A DNA stretch of 64,000 nt from Nitrosopumilus sp. (GCA_965205215.1 OZ242041.1:320001-384000), one strand, 5' to 3'; counted from the first letter of the stretch, positions 50,191-60,568 are shown. Numbers and translations are program-made. Notes: generated by a model not told the origin, from the letters alone.

Positions 50191-51287
50191 GCCGGCCCTC
50201 CCTCCGCAGGTTCCGCGTCGGAAGGCGGTTGCTGCTGCTCATGCTCATGCTGAACAGCCTTTCTCCGCCGCCCGAACTGCAACGGCGTTATGATCCCGTC
50301 GCATTCCGGCACGGCAAAGCACAGGTTCTGGGTGCGCAGCTTGTCGCACGAGGGGCAGTTGTATTTTACTCCCCCCGTCTTGCCGGACAGGTGGTTCAGC
50401 TGGTACATCGTTACCCGCTCGCTGTAGTCGGGCGCGTTCTTGAAGAGGGGCGCGATCTCCTCTACCGGCCGCCCCCTTGCAAGAAGGAACGTGGCAAGCA
50501 TGAACCGGCCCGAGTGGGGAAGGTTCTCGCCGCTCTTGAGCACGTTGACGGCGTGCTTTATGCAGGGCGGGTTCTCGCCCGTACTCTCGTATGTGGGCGT
50601 GAGCCTGTCGGCCACGGCGGCCAGCTCGGCGACCATCCCCTCGAGGCCGGGGATCATGTCCGGGACCGGAGAGTCCCTGATCTTGTCTGAGATGTACGTG
50701 GTCAGCGCGTGCCGGATCAGCCTGACCGTCTTGTCCGGCTTTAGTATCACGTAGCCGTCCTCGACCTGCCTGTTTACCAGCTTCCACTCGCGCTCGTGGA
50801 ATACGGAAGAATGTTTGAGATAGTCAGGCACCGGTATCAGGTACCGGTAGCCGCGCACCTCTACCTTGAGTCCGAACAGATCAAGCAATATGTTCCGCGC
50901 CATTTCGGCCCTTGGGGGATCGAGTCGGTGGTCGCGGTACGACAGATCCCTGATCAAGTGTGTCTCTGCCCTGCGTGCTTCGCTTAGCGCAAAGCGCCTT
51001 ACGAGTGTGTGGCGGTTGGCCAGCTTTATCAGTACAATGGCAATCAGAAACGAGAATACCTCCATGTCCAGTACGTCGTACTGCATCGCCTTGCCGCCGG
51101 CCAATCCAGATCTGTATACAGAACCGCTGGTCGCCGCCATTACCCGCTCGTATGCCTTGTCTACAATGACTCTGAGGATTGGATCGGTGCCGAATTGCCG
51201 GAGCTCAAAGCCATACTCTTGGAGGTATCTTCCGGCATCGGCCAGAAAGGGGTACTTTGCCTTCTCATCTTTGCCCGGCACAAGCAT
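50187..51287 (-). CDS. priL: DNA primase large subunit
   Basis: KYPF, PPCI, HSGRF, PDY, YQLNH, CPSC Fe-S region. Confidence 0.94.
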   Translation of the reverse strand: MLVPGKDEKAKYPFLADAGRYLQEYGFELRQFGTDPILRVIVDKAYERVMAATSGSVYRSGLAGGKAMQYDVLDMEVFSFLIAIVLIKLANRHTLVRRFALSEARRAETHLIRDLSYRDHRLDPPRAEMARNILLDLFGLKVEVRGYRYLIPVPDYLKHSSVFHEREWKLVNRQVEDGYVILKPDKTVRLIRHALTTYISDKIRDSPVPDMIPGLEGMVAELAAVADRLTPTYESTGENPPCIKHAVNVLKSGENLPHSGRFMLATFLLARGRPVEEIAPLFKNAPDYSERVTMYQLNHLSGKTGGVKYNCPSCDKLRTQNLCFAVPECDGIITPLQFGRRRKAVQHEHEQQQPPSDAEPAEGGPA

Positions 51288-51518
51288 GGCATGGCTTGCA
51301 TACCGATACATAAAAAGAACAAGGGCGCTGCGGGCCGATCGTTAAGATCAGCGAAGGAAGTGCCAGTAGCATGAGGGTCCTGAGCTGCATGCAACGGGAG
51401 CTTATCCCGGATGGATCCTTTGGCGGGAACTGGACGGGGATACCTGCGCAGAATATCCTAGCCGGCGTCTTTCCCTGCATGGGTTTGTCCGGCCCCGGGC
51501 CTTGAAGCAGAAGTCGCA

Positions 51519-52367
51519 TCACCCCGTACGCTCGTGCGGGTCGTAGTTTATCGCTATTATCTCCGCGCTGTCCTTTTGCGTCACATACTGCAGGGACCGG
51601 CGCAGCGCTATGCGATAGATCCTGTAGGACTCGGGGATCCCTATCGCGTCCGGCTCGTTCTGCTCGGATATCATGACACGGTTGTGCAAAGTGGTCGCGC
51701 GTACGAACCGCGCAAAGCTATCGGTTGCGGGCACCCCGTTGTAGTGAGCGTTTGTGTTGTTCATGTATGGGGGATCAAGGTAGAGAAATGCATCTCTGAT
51801 GTCCTGAAACTCTTCAAAATTCTTGTTGGTTATGGCCATCCCTCTCACCGCGTCGCTGATGGTCCGCAGGCGCTCCTCTGAGAGCGAGGGGCACCTCGCG
51901 CTCTTCCTCATCGGGGCGTTGAACTTGTTCTTCTTGTTGAAGCGAATCTTGCCGCTGAATGCGTTCTTTGCAAGGTACAGGAACCTTCCGGCACCTCTCA
52001 GGCCGTCTGTCAGGGATTCCGTACGCACCCTCAGGAAGTAGTCGGGGGACGACATGCTCCTGTGCCTCTCGTACTCCTCGATCAAACCTGCCACGTCGTC
52101 ACGGACAAGGGTCATAAAGTTGGCCAAGACGGGGTTGTTGTCGTTGTAAACCACGCGATCCGAACCGAACCTAAAGCAGCAGTATATGGCAAACGCTCCG
52201 GATCCGCCAAAGACGTCCACAATCTTCCCGCTGCCGGCATCGTCGGGCACCAGTTCGTCGAATATGTCCGAGAAGCCGGACTTGTTTCCTATGTAGGGGA
52301 TCAGGTGACACCGGTTGCGGCCGTTTCGCACCTCATACTGCCGGACGAACTGGGACGCTGCTGCCAT
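51519..52367 (-). CDS. Dam-like (D12 class) DNA adenine methyltransferase, orphan
   Basis: YIGNK, DVFGGSG, ND, FSGKIRFN, YLDPPY. Confidence 0.9.
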   Translation of the reverse strand: MAAASQFVRQYEVRNGRNRCHLIPYIGNKSGFSDIFDELVPDDAGSGKIVDVFGGSGAFAIYCCFRFGSDRVVYNDNNPVLANFMTLVRDDVAGLIEEYERHRSMSSPDYFLRVRTESLTDGLRGAGRFLYLAKNAFSGKIRFNKKNKFNAPMRKSARCPSLSEERLRTISDAVRGMAITNKNFEEFQDIRDAFLYLDPPYMNNTNAHYNGVPATDSFARFVRATTLHNRVMISEQNEPDAIGIPESYRIYRIALRRSLQYVTQKDSAEIIAINYDPHERTG

Positions 52368-52635
52368 AATACCGACAACACGGATAGGCGCCGCTTACTT
52401 AAACCTGCATGCAGTTCCGGGGGATCTAGGGTGCGTTTGACGCAACCGCACGCCACAGTCATTGACCGTTAGATTATGTCACGCGTTTTTTGTGCGGTGG
52501 TGCGCGCCGTACCGGACTGAACCGAGCGTCGATATGCCGGCACGGGGATGACAATCCATGCCCTGCAACTGATGTCAGCGCATGCGTTCTTTTTCATGCG
52601 GGTTTAAATTATCACGCGTACGACCGCCGCGTGTA

Positions 52636-53514
52636 ATGGCGGCAAGAATCGGATGCCACGTGTCGATATCGGGCTCCATCGACATGGCAGTCGACAACGC
52701 CGTGCAACGCGGCTGCACCGCGTTCCAGATGTTCACGCGCAACCCCCGGGGATGGCACGCAAAGGAGCTTGACGGGCAGGTGACCGCCGCATTCCGAACC
52801 AAGCTTGGGGAGAGCGGGATCGACGGGGACGCGATCTGCGCCCACATGCCGTACCTGCCCAACCTGGCATCCCCTGACGACGCGGGCTTTGCAAAGTCGA
52901 CGGCCACGCTCACAGACGAGGTGCGCCGGTGCGGGCTGCTCGGCATCCCGTACGTAGTGACGCACCTCGGCAGCCACCTGGGCTCAGGCGAGGAGGCCGG
53001 CATGGGCAGGCTGGTCAGGGGGCTCAACGGGGCGGCCAAGGCGGCGGACAACGACGTGATGATACTGCTGGAGAACACGGCGGGCCAGAAGAACTCGGTA
53101 GGCTCCGACCTGGGGCAGCTTGGCGACATACTAGGCAGGTGCAGGCCCGCCGGAAGGTTCGGGGTCTGCCTTGACACGTGCCACGCGTTCGCGGCCGGGT
53201 ACGACTTGCGGACCAAAAAGAGCGTAAAAGAGACGTTCGGCCTGTTCGAGGAGCGCGTGGGAATGGACAGGCTCAAGATAATTCACCTCAACGACGCAAA
53301 GGGCGAGCTGGGATCAAGGCGCGACAGGCACTACCACATAGGACTCGGCGAGATAGGCGAGGAGGGAATGGCGGCGGCGGCGAGGACAGCCGACAAGAAC
53401 GGCATACCGCTCATCCTGGAGACCCCGATCGACGAGAAGAGGGACGACGTGGGAAACATTGCCAAGACCAGGGAGCTTCTCGCGGCAAAAGGCGCCGGCA
53501 AGGCCCGGACGTGA
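52636..53514 (+). CDS. nfo: Endonuclease IV
   Basis: HMPYLPNL, HLGS, ENTAG, DTCH, HLND, DRH, ETP. Confidence 0.95.
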   Translation: MAARIGCHVSISGSIDMAVDNAVQRGCTAFQMFTRNPRGWHAKELDGQVTAAFRTKLGESGIDGDAICAHMPYLPNLASPDDAGFAKSTATLTDEVRRCGLLGIPYVVTHLGSHLGSGEEAGMGRLVRGLNGAAKAADNDVMILLENTAGQKNSVGSDLGQLGDILGRCRPAGRFGVCLDTCHAFAAGYDLRTKKSVKETFGLFEERVGMDRLKIIHLNDAKGELGSRRDRHYHIGLGEIGEEGMAAAARTADKNGIPLILETPIDEKRDDVGNIAKTRELLAAKGAGKART

Positions 53515-53552
53515 TGGTTATATCAGGATGAAGACAACGTGGGTGAGATGCG

Positions 53553-55025
53553 ATGAACTATGACGAGGTTGTAAAGCTTGCACTGGAGCGGGGCTTTTAC
53601 TTTCCAAGCTGCGAGGTGTACGGCGACGCGCAGGCCGGGTTCTGGGAGTACGGGCCGTCAGGCGTCTCCCTGAAGAACAAGTTCGTCGAGCTGTGGCGGC
53701 GTGAGCTGATCAGGCGGGACGCCATGATGGAGATCGACGGCTCGCAGATAATGTCCGGGTCGGTGTTCGAGGCGTCGGGCCACCTGGCAAGCTTTGCGGA
53801 TCCCATAACGAGGTGCGAAAAGTGCGGCCTCACGGTCAGGGCGGACAAGGCCATAGAGGAGATATCAAATGTGGTTATACCAGAGTCCGCAGAGCCGGCC
53901 GAGTTTGACGCCGCAATAGCGGAGAACGGCATAAGGTGCCCCAAGTGCGGCGGACAGTTCTCCGGCACGGAGCGGTTCAACATGATGTTCAGGGTGGGCA
54001 TAGGGCCCGAGCAGAAGGCGGCGTACCTGCGCCCCGAGACCTGCCAGTCGATATTCGTGGACTTTCCAAGGCTGTTCAAGTCCATGAGGGGGAGGCTGCC
54101 GGTCGGCGTGGGGCAGATAGGCAAGAGCTTTAGAAACGAGATCGCGCCAAGGCAGGGGCTCCTGCGGCTAAGGGAGTTCTACCAGGCGGAGATAGAGGTG
54201 TTCTGCAACCCCGACAAGCTGGACGACGCTCCGAACTTTGCGGAGGTTGAGAACACCGTGCTAAACCTGCAGGTTGCAGACGGAGGTGACGCGCCGATCC
54301 AGACCGTATCGTGCTCTGACGCGGTGCGGACGGGGCTGCTGCCAAGCAGGCTGGTGGCGTACTACCTAGGGCTGCTGGCCGAATTCTATGAGAAGACCGG
54401 CATCGACATGTCAAAGAGCAGGTTCCGGAAACTGGGCCAAAAGGAGAAGGCGTTCTATGCTGAGGTCGCCTTTGACTTTGAGGTGGAGGTGTCGACGGGG
54501 TGGCTGGAGCTGGTCGCGTGCAACTACAGGTCGGGGCACGACCTGTCCGGGCACGCCAGGCAGAGCGGCGAAAAGTTCGAGGTCATGGACGGGGAGCAGA
54601 AGGTGCTGCCGCACGTCTTTGAGATTTCCATGGGCATCGACCGCAGCCTGTACACCATACTGGAGCACTCCCTCACGCGCGACGCGGAGCACGACGACAG
54701 GACCGTGCTGTCGCTCAGGCCGTACCTGGCGCCGGTCCACGTGGGCGTGCTCTCCTTGGTAAAGAAGGACGGGCTGCGCGAAAAGACCGACGAGATATAC
54801 CGCATGATAAGGCGCAAGTGCGACGCGTTTCTGGATCACTCGGGCGCCATCGGCCGCAGGTACAGGCGCCTTGACGAGGTGGGCGCCCCGTTTGCCATAA
54901 CGGTGGACCACCAGACCCTGCAGGACCAGACCGTCACGATAAGGCGGCGGGACAGCATGGAACAGTCCCGCATCCCCGTATCTGAGATCGACGGCGTGAT
55001 AGCGGAGCACATTGCGTATCCTTAA
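53553..55025 (+). CDS. glyS: Glycine--tRNA ligase (archaeal/eukaryal type)
   Basis: YLRPETCQ, GKSFRNEIAPR, LRLREF, WLE, IGRRYRR.DEVG. Confidence 0.95.
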   Translation: MNYDEVVKLALERGFYFPSCEVYGDAQAGFWEYGPSGVSLKNKFVELWRRELIRRDAMMEIDGSQIMSGSVFEASGHLASFADPITRCEKCGLTVRADKAIEEISNVVIPESAEPAEFDAAIAENGIRCPKCGGQFSGTERFNMMFRVGIGPEQKAAYLRPETCQSIFVDFPRLFKSMRGRLPVGVGQIGKSFRNEIAPRQGLLRLREFYQAEIEVFCNPDKLDDAPNFAEVENTVLNLQVADGGDAPIQTVSCSDAVRTGLLPSRLVAYYLGLLAEFYEKTGIDMSKSRFRKLGQKEKAFYAEVAFDFEVEVSTGWLELVACNYRSGHDLSGHARQSGEKFEVMDGEQKVLPHVFEISMGIDRSLYTILEHSLTRDAEHDDRTVLSLRPYLAPVHVGVLSLVKKDGLREKTDEIYRMIRRKCDAFLDHSGAIGRRYRRLDEVGAPFAITVDHQTLQDQTVTIRRRDSMEQSRIPVSEIDGVIAEHIAYP

Positions 55026-55122
55026 CAGGCCCTGTATCGTGCACGAGGCCTGCTGAGCAGGAAGCGCCGATCCGTACACAGCAGGGGTCAAATCGGTTTT
55101 AAGAGGACGTGGTAAGCAGGGG

Positions 55123-56532
55123 TTGTTGTTCCCCGTAGCGCTGGCCGTGCTTGACATGCTCGACGGGTTCCGGTGGGACGGCCTCCTGCAGGGGACGTCG
55201 TGGCCCGCCTCCATATCGGAGGTCATCGGCATGCTCTCGGAGATTACAACATCCGACGGGGCGATCGCGTCGGCGCCCGTCCTCCTGCTCGCGGCAGGCG
55301 TGGTCATATTTCTAGGTGTGACGGGCGAGGCGTTCTTCAAGAGGACGGGAGTCCCGGACGTCGCGTTTTTGATGATCCTCGGGGTCGTCCTAGGTCCCGT
55401 CCTGGGGATAGTGCAGCCTGAGGCCGTCGCGCAGATCGTCCCGTACTTTGCGGCCGTCGCGCTGATCATAATCATGTTCGACGGCGGCCTGAACCTGGAC
55501 CTGAAGAGCATAGCGAGGACGGCGCACTTTTCCATATTCCTCGCGGTGCTGGGGTTCGTGGTGTCGGTGGCCATAGTGGCGGCGCTCGCGTACTACTGGG
55601 CCGGATGGTGGCTGATGGACAGCATACTGCTCGGCACGATAGTGGGGGGGAGCAGCTCCGTCATCGTGTTCGGACTGGTCCGGAACGTGCGCGTCTCGGA
55701 GGGGGCGAGGTCCATGATGAGCTTCGAGTCGGCGATTACCGACATACTGGCCACCATAATCGCGTTCATAATGTTCGAGGCCATACTGACGGGCGAGTTC
55801 AGCCTCGCCGTGCTCAGCGAGACCATCGGGACCGCGATGATGGTCGGGCTCGTGCTGGGGCTGGGGGTGGGGATCCCGTGGATGTATGTCACTACAAAGT
55901 TTGCAAACGCGCAGCACAGCTACATGCTGACGCTCGGGATACTCTTCGTGCTGTTCTTCATGGCGAACACGTTCGGTGAGTCGGGCGCGCTGACGGCCCT
56001 GGTCTTCGGTCTGATGCTGGGAAACAAGGACCGCCTCTCAAAGGTCTTCAGGTTCAAGGTGAGGAGGATCGAGGCAAACGACCCGACCCACAATCAGCTG
56101 ACGTTTCTCGTGCGCTCCTTCTTCTTCGTGTTCGTGGGGCTGCTGGCCAGCTTTGGGCAGATCGAGTATATACTGCTGGGCGTGGTCTCGACGGTCCTGA
56201 TCTACGTGGCGCGCGTCGGAATGGTGAGGGCGGTCCTGACCAAGAGGTTCTCAAGGCTGGACAAGAAGGTGACCCAGGTTATGATGCCAAGGGGGCTTGC
56301 CGCGGCCGTCCTGGCGACGCTGCCGCTCACCATGGGGCTCCCGAACGCGGAGGCCTACCCGCAGATCGTCTTTTTCATAATACTCACGTCCGTCATCATA
56401 ACGACCATAGGCCTCGGCGGCGCAAAGAAGATCCCCCCTCCCGAGCCGCGCGAGGGGGGGTTTGTGCGCATCACGGACAACTACGACGACGATAGTGGTG
56501 GCGGCAACAGCAGCAGAAACGGCAGCCCATGA
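55123..56532 (+). CDS. CPA1 (NhaP-type) cation:proton antiporter
   Basis: About 13 TM helices; FDGG, FESAITD, FFFV, PRGLAAAVLA. Confidence 0.88.
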   Translation: MLFPVALAVLDMLDGFRWDGLLQGTSWPASISEVIGMLSEITTSDGAIASAPVLLLAAGVVIFLGVTGEAFFKRTGVPDVAFLMILGVVLGPVLGIVQPEAVAQIVPYFAAVALIIIMFDGGLNLDLKSIARTAHFSIFLAVLGFVVSVAIVAALAYYWAGWWLMDSILLGTIVGGSSSVIVFGLVRNVRVSEGARSMMSFESAITDILATIIAFIMFEAILTGEFSLAVLSETIGTAMMVGLVLGLGVGIPWMYVTTKFANAQHSYMLTLGILFVLFFMANTFGESGALTALVFGLMLGNKDRLSKVFRFKVRRIEANDPTHNQLTFLVRSFFFVFVGLLASFGQIEYILLGVVSTVLIYVARVGMVRAVLTKRFSRLDKKVTQVMMPRGLAAAVLATLPLTMGLPNAEAYPQIVFFIILTSVIITTIGLGGAKKIPPPEPREGGFVRITDNYDDDSGGGNSSRNGSP

Positions 56533-56600
56533 CTTGCCGTACGATCGGATCAGTCCGAACCTCCAGGGGTCGGCGGCTGGACGGGCCGCGTCCTTTCTTC

Positions 56601-58607
56601 CTAGTCCTGAGGCGGCTGTTGTTGTTGCCGCCCCACCTCCCTTACCTGGCTCTTGCCTGACGGCAAAACCCTGACAAAGTCGTCAAGCGGTATCCTCTTG
56701 GCCGCGTCCTCGTCCAGCTTCAGGAACTCGGTCCTCACGCGCTTGGCGGCTTCCGACAGGTCGGGGCCGTGCGGCTCTATTATCGCGTACAGCACGGAGC
56801 GAGACACGACGGGCTCCGGCGGCCCGCACACCAGCACGGGGCTGCCGTTGTGGATCACCATGCCGACTGCCAGCCTCAGGGACTGGGGACGGATAAAGTT
56901 GCGCTGCCCCGATATGGTAAAGGATCCCTTTGGCAGGAACTGCCCCGTGGGCGCCGACTTGCGGACCTGATCGGGGCCGACCCAGAACGCGCTCATCCCG
57001 TGCATCCCCTCGCGCCAGGCCCTGCTAAAGCAGACCGTCGCATGGGCCACCTCGTTCATGCTTACGTCGGAGGGCGCCGCGGACGGGTCGGCCCCCTTTA
57101 GTATGAAGAACGGCGAGCCGTGCACCTCGGCGTGGAACACGCGGTCGCCCGGGGCCATCTGCTTGCGTACGACGGCCGAGTTGGACGCGGCGTCCCTTCC
57201 CCCCACCGCAAGCGAGCCGTCGGACGTGTAGAACCACCGGTACCGCTCAAACCAGCTCTTCTTGCGTATCTCAGAGGCGATGCCGCTGCCGGCCCTGGCC
57301 CTGTCCGACTGGGCCTCGCCGTACAGCTTCTCTAGCCTGCTGCGCGCGTCTGCCATCGACTTTTCAATGGCCGGGGCCGCCCTTGCCTGCCGCTTTGCCT
57401 CGTCAAACAGCACGGACGCGACTGACTGCAACGGGGCCTGCATGCTGACATGTATCTTTTTGTCAGATATCCTTACGAGGTGTACGCCCTTCTCCTGCAG
57501 CAGCTGTGCCCCGCACCCCTCAAGCGCGGGCAGGACGCGCCCGTCGGACATGGACAGCACGCCCTCTCCCGCAAGCCCCAGCAGTGACCTTGCAAGCGCG
57601 CCGACTGACTCGGAGCGGCGCATCACGGTATCTACCGCCTTTTGCTGCTCTGCAATCTGGGTCTCCAGATCTTTGATTCGCGTGGCCGTGCCGGACGCCC
57701 CCGCGTCGCGCGCCCTGGCAAGAAACGACTCGGTAAAGACCTTGTCAAGGCCGGCCATAAAGCTGGAGGCCTTGGACCTTTTGGCAGTGGTGCCGGCCGC
57801 GTCACCGTCACCGGCGCCGTCGTCATCGTCCATGCCGCCTGTCACGTCGACGGGCATCACCTCCGGGCTCTTGCCCTCTGTCGTTATTATGACGGGGGTG
57901 TGGTTTCCCGACGTTACGTCGGACACCAGGCGAACGGCCGCGTCACATATCGCGTCTGCCTGCCCCTGGTCCAGCTGCGTGCCCGCGGTACCGGACGGCA
58001 CGCCGGCCATCCGTATTATCCCCTCGGCGTACTTTCTTGGAAGTCCCAGCGTGCGCCCAAGCCACCTGGCCGCGGCCATATCGGCCCCGGGCAGGGATGC
58101 AAAGTCCTGCCTGTCCATGTTCAGTACGTCCACCGCGTTGTCTGACGGCGCGGGCGGCGGGGCGTACTTGGCCCCGACCTTGAGCGTCCGGTGCCTCACG
58201 TCCACCGAGTGCATCAGGGCCAGTATCTTCATGTCTGCATCGCACAGTATGACGTTGCCGTCCCCGAAGAGCTCCGCTACCAAGACAAACTCGCTGCCAA
58301 ACCCCTCAAACTCCAGATACGCGATGCGCTCGGCGCCGATCTGCCTTATCTGCCGGAACCTCATGCGCAGAAGTGTGCTGCGCAGGCGCCTCTGCATGCG
58401 GTTCTCCTCTATCTGGCCCAGCTTGGTGGACGTCAGCCATATGCCAAAGGTCGAGACCATCAGGAACAGGTCGTCCTTTGAGGTGTGGCGCAGCTTGAAC
58501 AGCAGGCTGTCCCTCGTGACCCCGTAGATGTTGTTGACATAGTATCCGTCTATGATGCCCGATATGTGGTCGACTATAAAGCGCAGCTCGATTCCGGCAA
58601 GTGCCAT
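56601..58607 (-). CDS. NEMF/Rqc2 (NFACT) ribosome quality-control protein
   Basis: ERI, ELFGDGN, WFERYRWF, GGRDAASN, FHAEVHGSP, SAPTGQFLPKGSF. Confidence 0.92.
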   Translation of the reverse strand: MALAGIELRFIVDHISGIIDGYYVNNIYGVTRDSLLFKLRHTSKDDLFLMVSTFGIWLTSTKLGQIEENRMQRRLRSTLLRMRFRQIRQIGAERIAYLEFEGFGSEFVLVAELFGDGNVILCDADMKILALMHSVDVRHRTLKVGAKYAPPPAPSDNAVDVLNMDRQDFASLPGADMAAARWLGRTLGLPRKYAEGIIRMAGVPSGTAGTQLDQGQADAICDAAVRLVSDVTSGNHTPVIITTEGKSPEVMPVDVTGGMDDDDGAGDGDAAGTTAKRSKASSFMAGLDKVFTESFLARARDAGASGTATRIKDLETQIAEQQKAVDTVMRRSESVGALARSLLGLAGEGVLSMSDGRVLPALEGCGAQLLQEKGVHLVRISDKKIHVSMQAPLQSVASVLFDEAKRQARAAPAIEKSMADARSRLEKLYGEAQSDRARAGSGIASEIRKKSWFERYRWFYTSDGSLAVGGRDAASNSAVVRKQMAPGDRVFHAEVHGSPFFILKGADPSAAPSDVSMNEVAHATVCFSRAWREGMHGMSAFWVGPDQVRKSAPTGQFLPKGSFTISGQRNFIRPQSLRLAVGMVIHNGSPVLVCGPPEPVVSRSVLYAIIEPHGPDLSEAAKRVRTEFLKLDEDAAKRIPLDDFVRVLPSGKSQVREVGRQQQQPPQD

Positions 58608-58687
58608 GATGGTGTGGCCTCCCCACCCTAGGATTAAACTCCTTTGCGCTTCTTGGCGCTGCCGACTGCGCCGATATGCAGGTGAGA

Positions 58688-58774
58688 CTCCTCCCCTCCC
58701 AATCCGTGGATAGCCCGACACGCCGGCTGTCAGACCGGCCACCGTTCACGCACCCGGCCATCACGGGGGAGGAG
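58688..58774 (-). other. Long imperfect hairpin, candidate ncRNA
   Basis: ctcctcccc/ggggaggag closing stem with nested helices that pair best, via G-U, on the minus strand. Confidence 0.45.
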
Positions 58775-58865
58775 AGGGGGAGGACGGTGCACGGGGCCGA
58801 ATGGCTGCCGGGATCGTCTACCAAAGGTATTAAACGAGGCGGCCCCAATTCAGGCTAGAAATTCC

Positions 58866-59399
58866 TTGGCCAGGTTCAAGAAGAGAAAGTCAAAGCCGAC
58901 TTCGGGTTCTGGAGGCGGCCGGAGTGACAGGCAGGCGGAACCACCTGCAAGGGACGACGTGGCAGGCGGCGCAGAGTCGGAGCCACCCCCCGCTGCCGCA
59001 AAGCCCGCGTCGTCGGCGCCCACAGACGGCGGCGAGGACGCAAAGGCGCCGGAACCACCCCCCGAGTCGGAGCTCCAGAGGAGCGAAAAGGAGCGCAAGC
59101 TTAACCTGCTGTTCTGGATGCGCGTGACGCTCGCGGTGGCGGCGGGTACGGCCGCGACGTTCGTCTTTGCCGACATAGAGGGCGAGGACAGAAGGTGGGC
59201 GTCCATCGCGTTCATGATAATACTGTTCATCGGGACTGTATTCGTCGCAAAGGGCATGAAGATGCAGCTGCCCTCCTCGGACAGGAAGAAGATAGTGACG
59301 CAGGGGCTGGGAAGCTACGTGTTCCTGTACCTGTTCGTATGGATAGTGTCCTACACGCTGGTCAACCTGGAGAGGGTTCAGAGTGGGATCAACCTCTAG
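58866..59399 (+). CDS. Three-TM membrane protein (possibly EMC6-like)
   Basis: Disordered N-terminus then three TM helices ending YLFVWIVSYTL; family call is inference. Confidence 0.65.
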   Translation: MARFKKRKSKPTSGSGGGRSDRQAEPPARDDVAGGAESEPPPAAAKPASSAPTDGGEDAKAPEPPPESELQRSEKERKLNLLFWMRVTLAVAAGTAATFVFADIEGEDRRWASIAFMIILFIGTVFVAKGMKMQLPSSDRKKIVTQGLGSYVFLYLFVWIVSYTLVNLERVQSGINL

Positions 59400-60075
59400 T
59401 GGGAAGAGCGGCGGCGGCGCTACGAAAAAACCACTCAGCCCCTCGAAATGGCGCTCCGACGTGCCCGGGATTCCGGACGAATACTTTGAGAGGTCGGACT
59501 CCGTGCCGATCACAAAGGAGGAGGTGCGCGCAATCATAATCAGCAAGGCCAGGCTCAAGGATGGGAACCGTGCCCTAGACGTGGGATGCGGCTCCGGTTC
59601 CATAACGGTGGAGGCCGCGATCCGCGCAGTCGGAAACGGCCTCGTAACGGCAATAGATCGCGACGGGGAGGCCGTCGCGCTGACCGAGAGGAACCTAGAA
59701 CGGTTCGGCGTGCGGGGGTACGCCGACGTGGTACACGGGGACGCTCTGGACGTGCTTGGCGGGACCGGCGGCGGGGCGGACGGTTCGCCACCTCACGCGT
59801 CACCATATGACGCCATCATAATAGGCGGGACCGGCGGCGACACCGCGGAGATCGTGGAGAGGTGCTCACACATGCTGGCGCCCGGAGGACGCATCGTAAT
59901 CAGCACCATACTGATCGAGACCCTGCACGCGGTCCTGAGGATCATGGGCGGGATGCCGTTTGAGGACGTCGACATAACCCAAGTGACCATATCAAAGAGC
60001 CGGAAGACCTCCACAGGCACCATGATGCTTGCAAGGAACCCCGTGACCGTAATATCGGCGACGCGCATGGGGTGA
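59383..60075 (+). CDS. cbiT: Cobalt-precorrin-6B C15-methyltransferase (decarboxylating)
   Basis: PGIPDEYF, PITKEEVR, DVGCGSGS, ARNPV. Confidence 0.95.
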   Translation: MGSTSSGKSGGGATKKPLSPSKWRSDVPGIPDEYFERSDSVPITKEEVRAIIISKARLKDGNRALDVGCGSGSITVEAAIRAVGNGLVTAIDRDGEAVALTERNLERFGVRGYADVVHGDALDVLGGTGGGADGSPPHASPYDAIIIGGTGGDTAEIVERCSHMLAPGGRIVISTILIETLHAVLRIMGGMPFEDVDITQVTISKSRKTSTGTMMLARNPVTVISATRMG

Positions 60076-60250
60076 CGGCGCCGGGCAGCGGCAGCCACCG
60101 GGGGCGGCAGGGCGCCGTCCGTGCTGACCGGGTATGCGTCCAATATGGCTCAAGGCATAGCCACGGTAGCCATCTGCGAGTTCACGCTGTGAGTATTGCC
60201 GACACCCAAGCGCGGCCAAAGAACAGAGCGCCGGCACGATATGGACTGCT

Positions 60251-60568
60251 TTATTCAGCAGGCTTGAGTCCAAGGAGGGACTGGGGGGTCTCTGACCACG
60301 ACCTGTCAGCTCCCTCAAACTCACAGGAGACATCATTGTAACGCGCCGATTCTGCCCCGAGACAACTATCAAAGCAGCTCTGCTCCGTTGACTGCCCGTC
60401 GACGCTGGTTGCCACCCCATCCTCTGCATATACGATAACGGTGCAGACTCCAACCGGTTCTAACGTAAGCGCGCTATACGGCAACATCGCCGCGATTACA
60501 ATCCCGCACATTATTGCAACTACGACCTTTTTTGTAAGGTAGGGGGGAACAGGGAGGGCCTGACCCAT
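60251..60568 (-). CDS. Small TM-anchored Cys-containing hypothetical protein (start uncertain)
   Basis: KKVVVAIMCGIVIAAML then four Cys; 3' part of ORF 60251-60769. Confidence 0.5.
   Translation of the reverse strand: MGQALPVPPYLTKKVVVAIMCGIVIAAMLPYSALTLEPVGVCTVIVYAEDGVATSVDGQSTEQSCFDSCLGAESARYNDVSCEFEGADRSWSETPQSLLGLKPAE

Noticed and set aside
51371-51505. 44-codon + strand ORF with a weak TTAA upstream
   Set aside because: No recognisable protein features; cannot be supported without homologs
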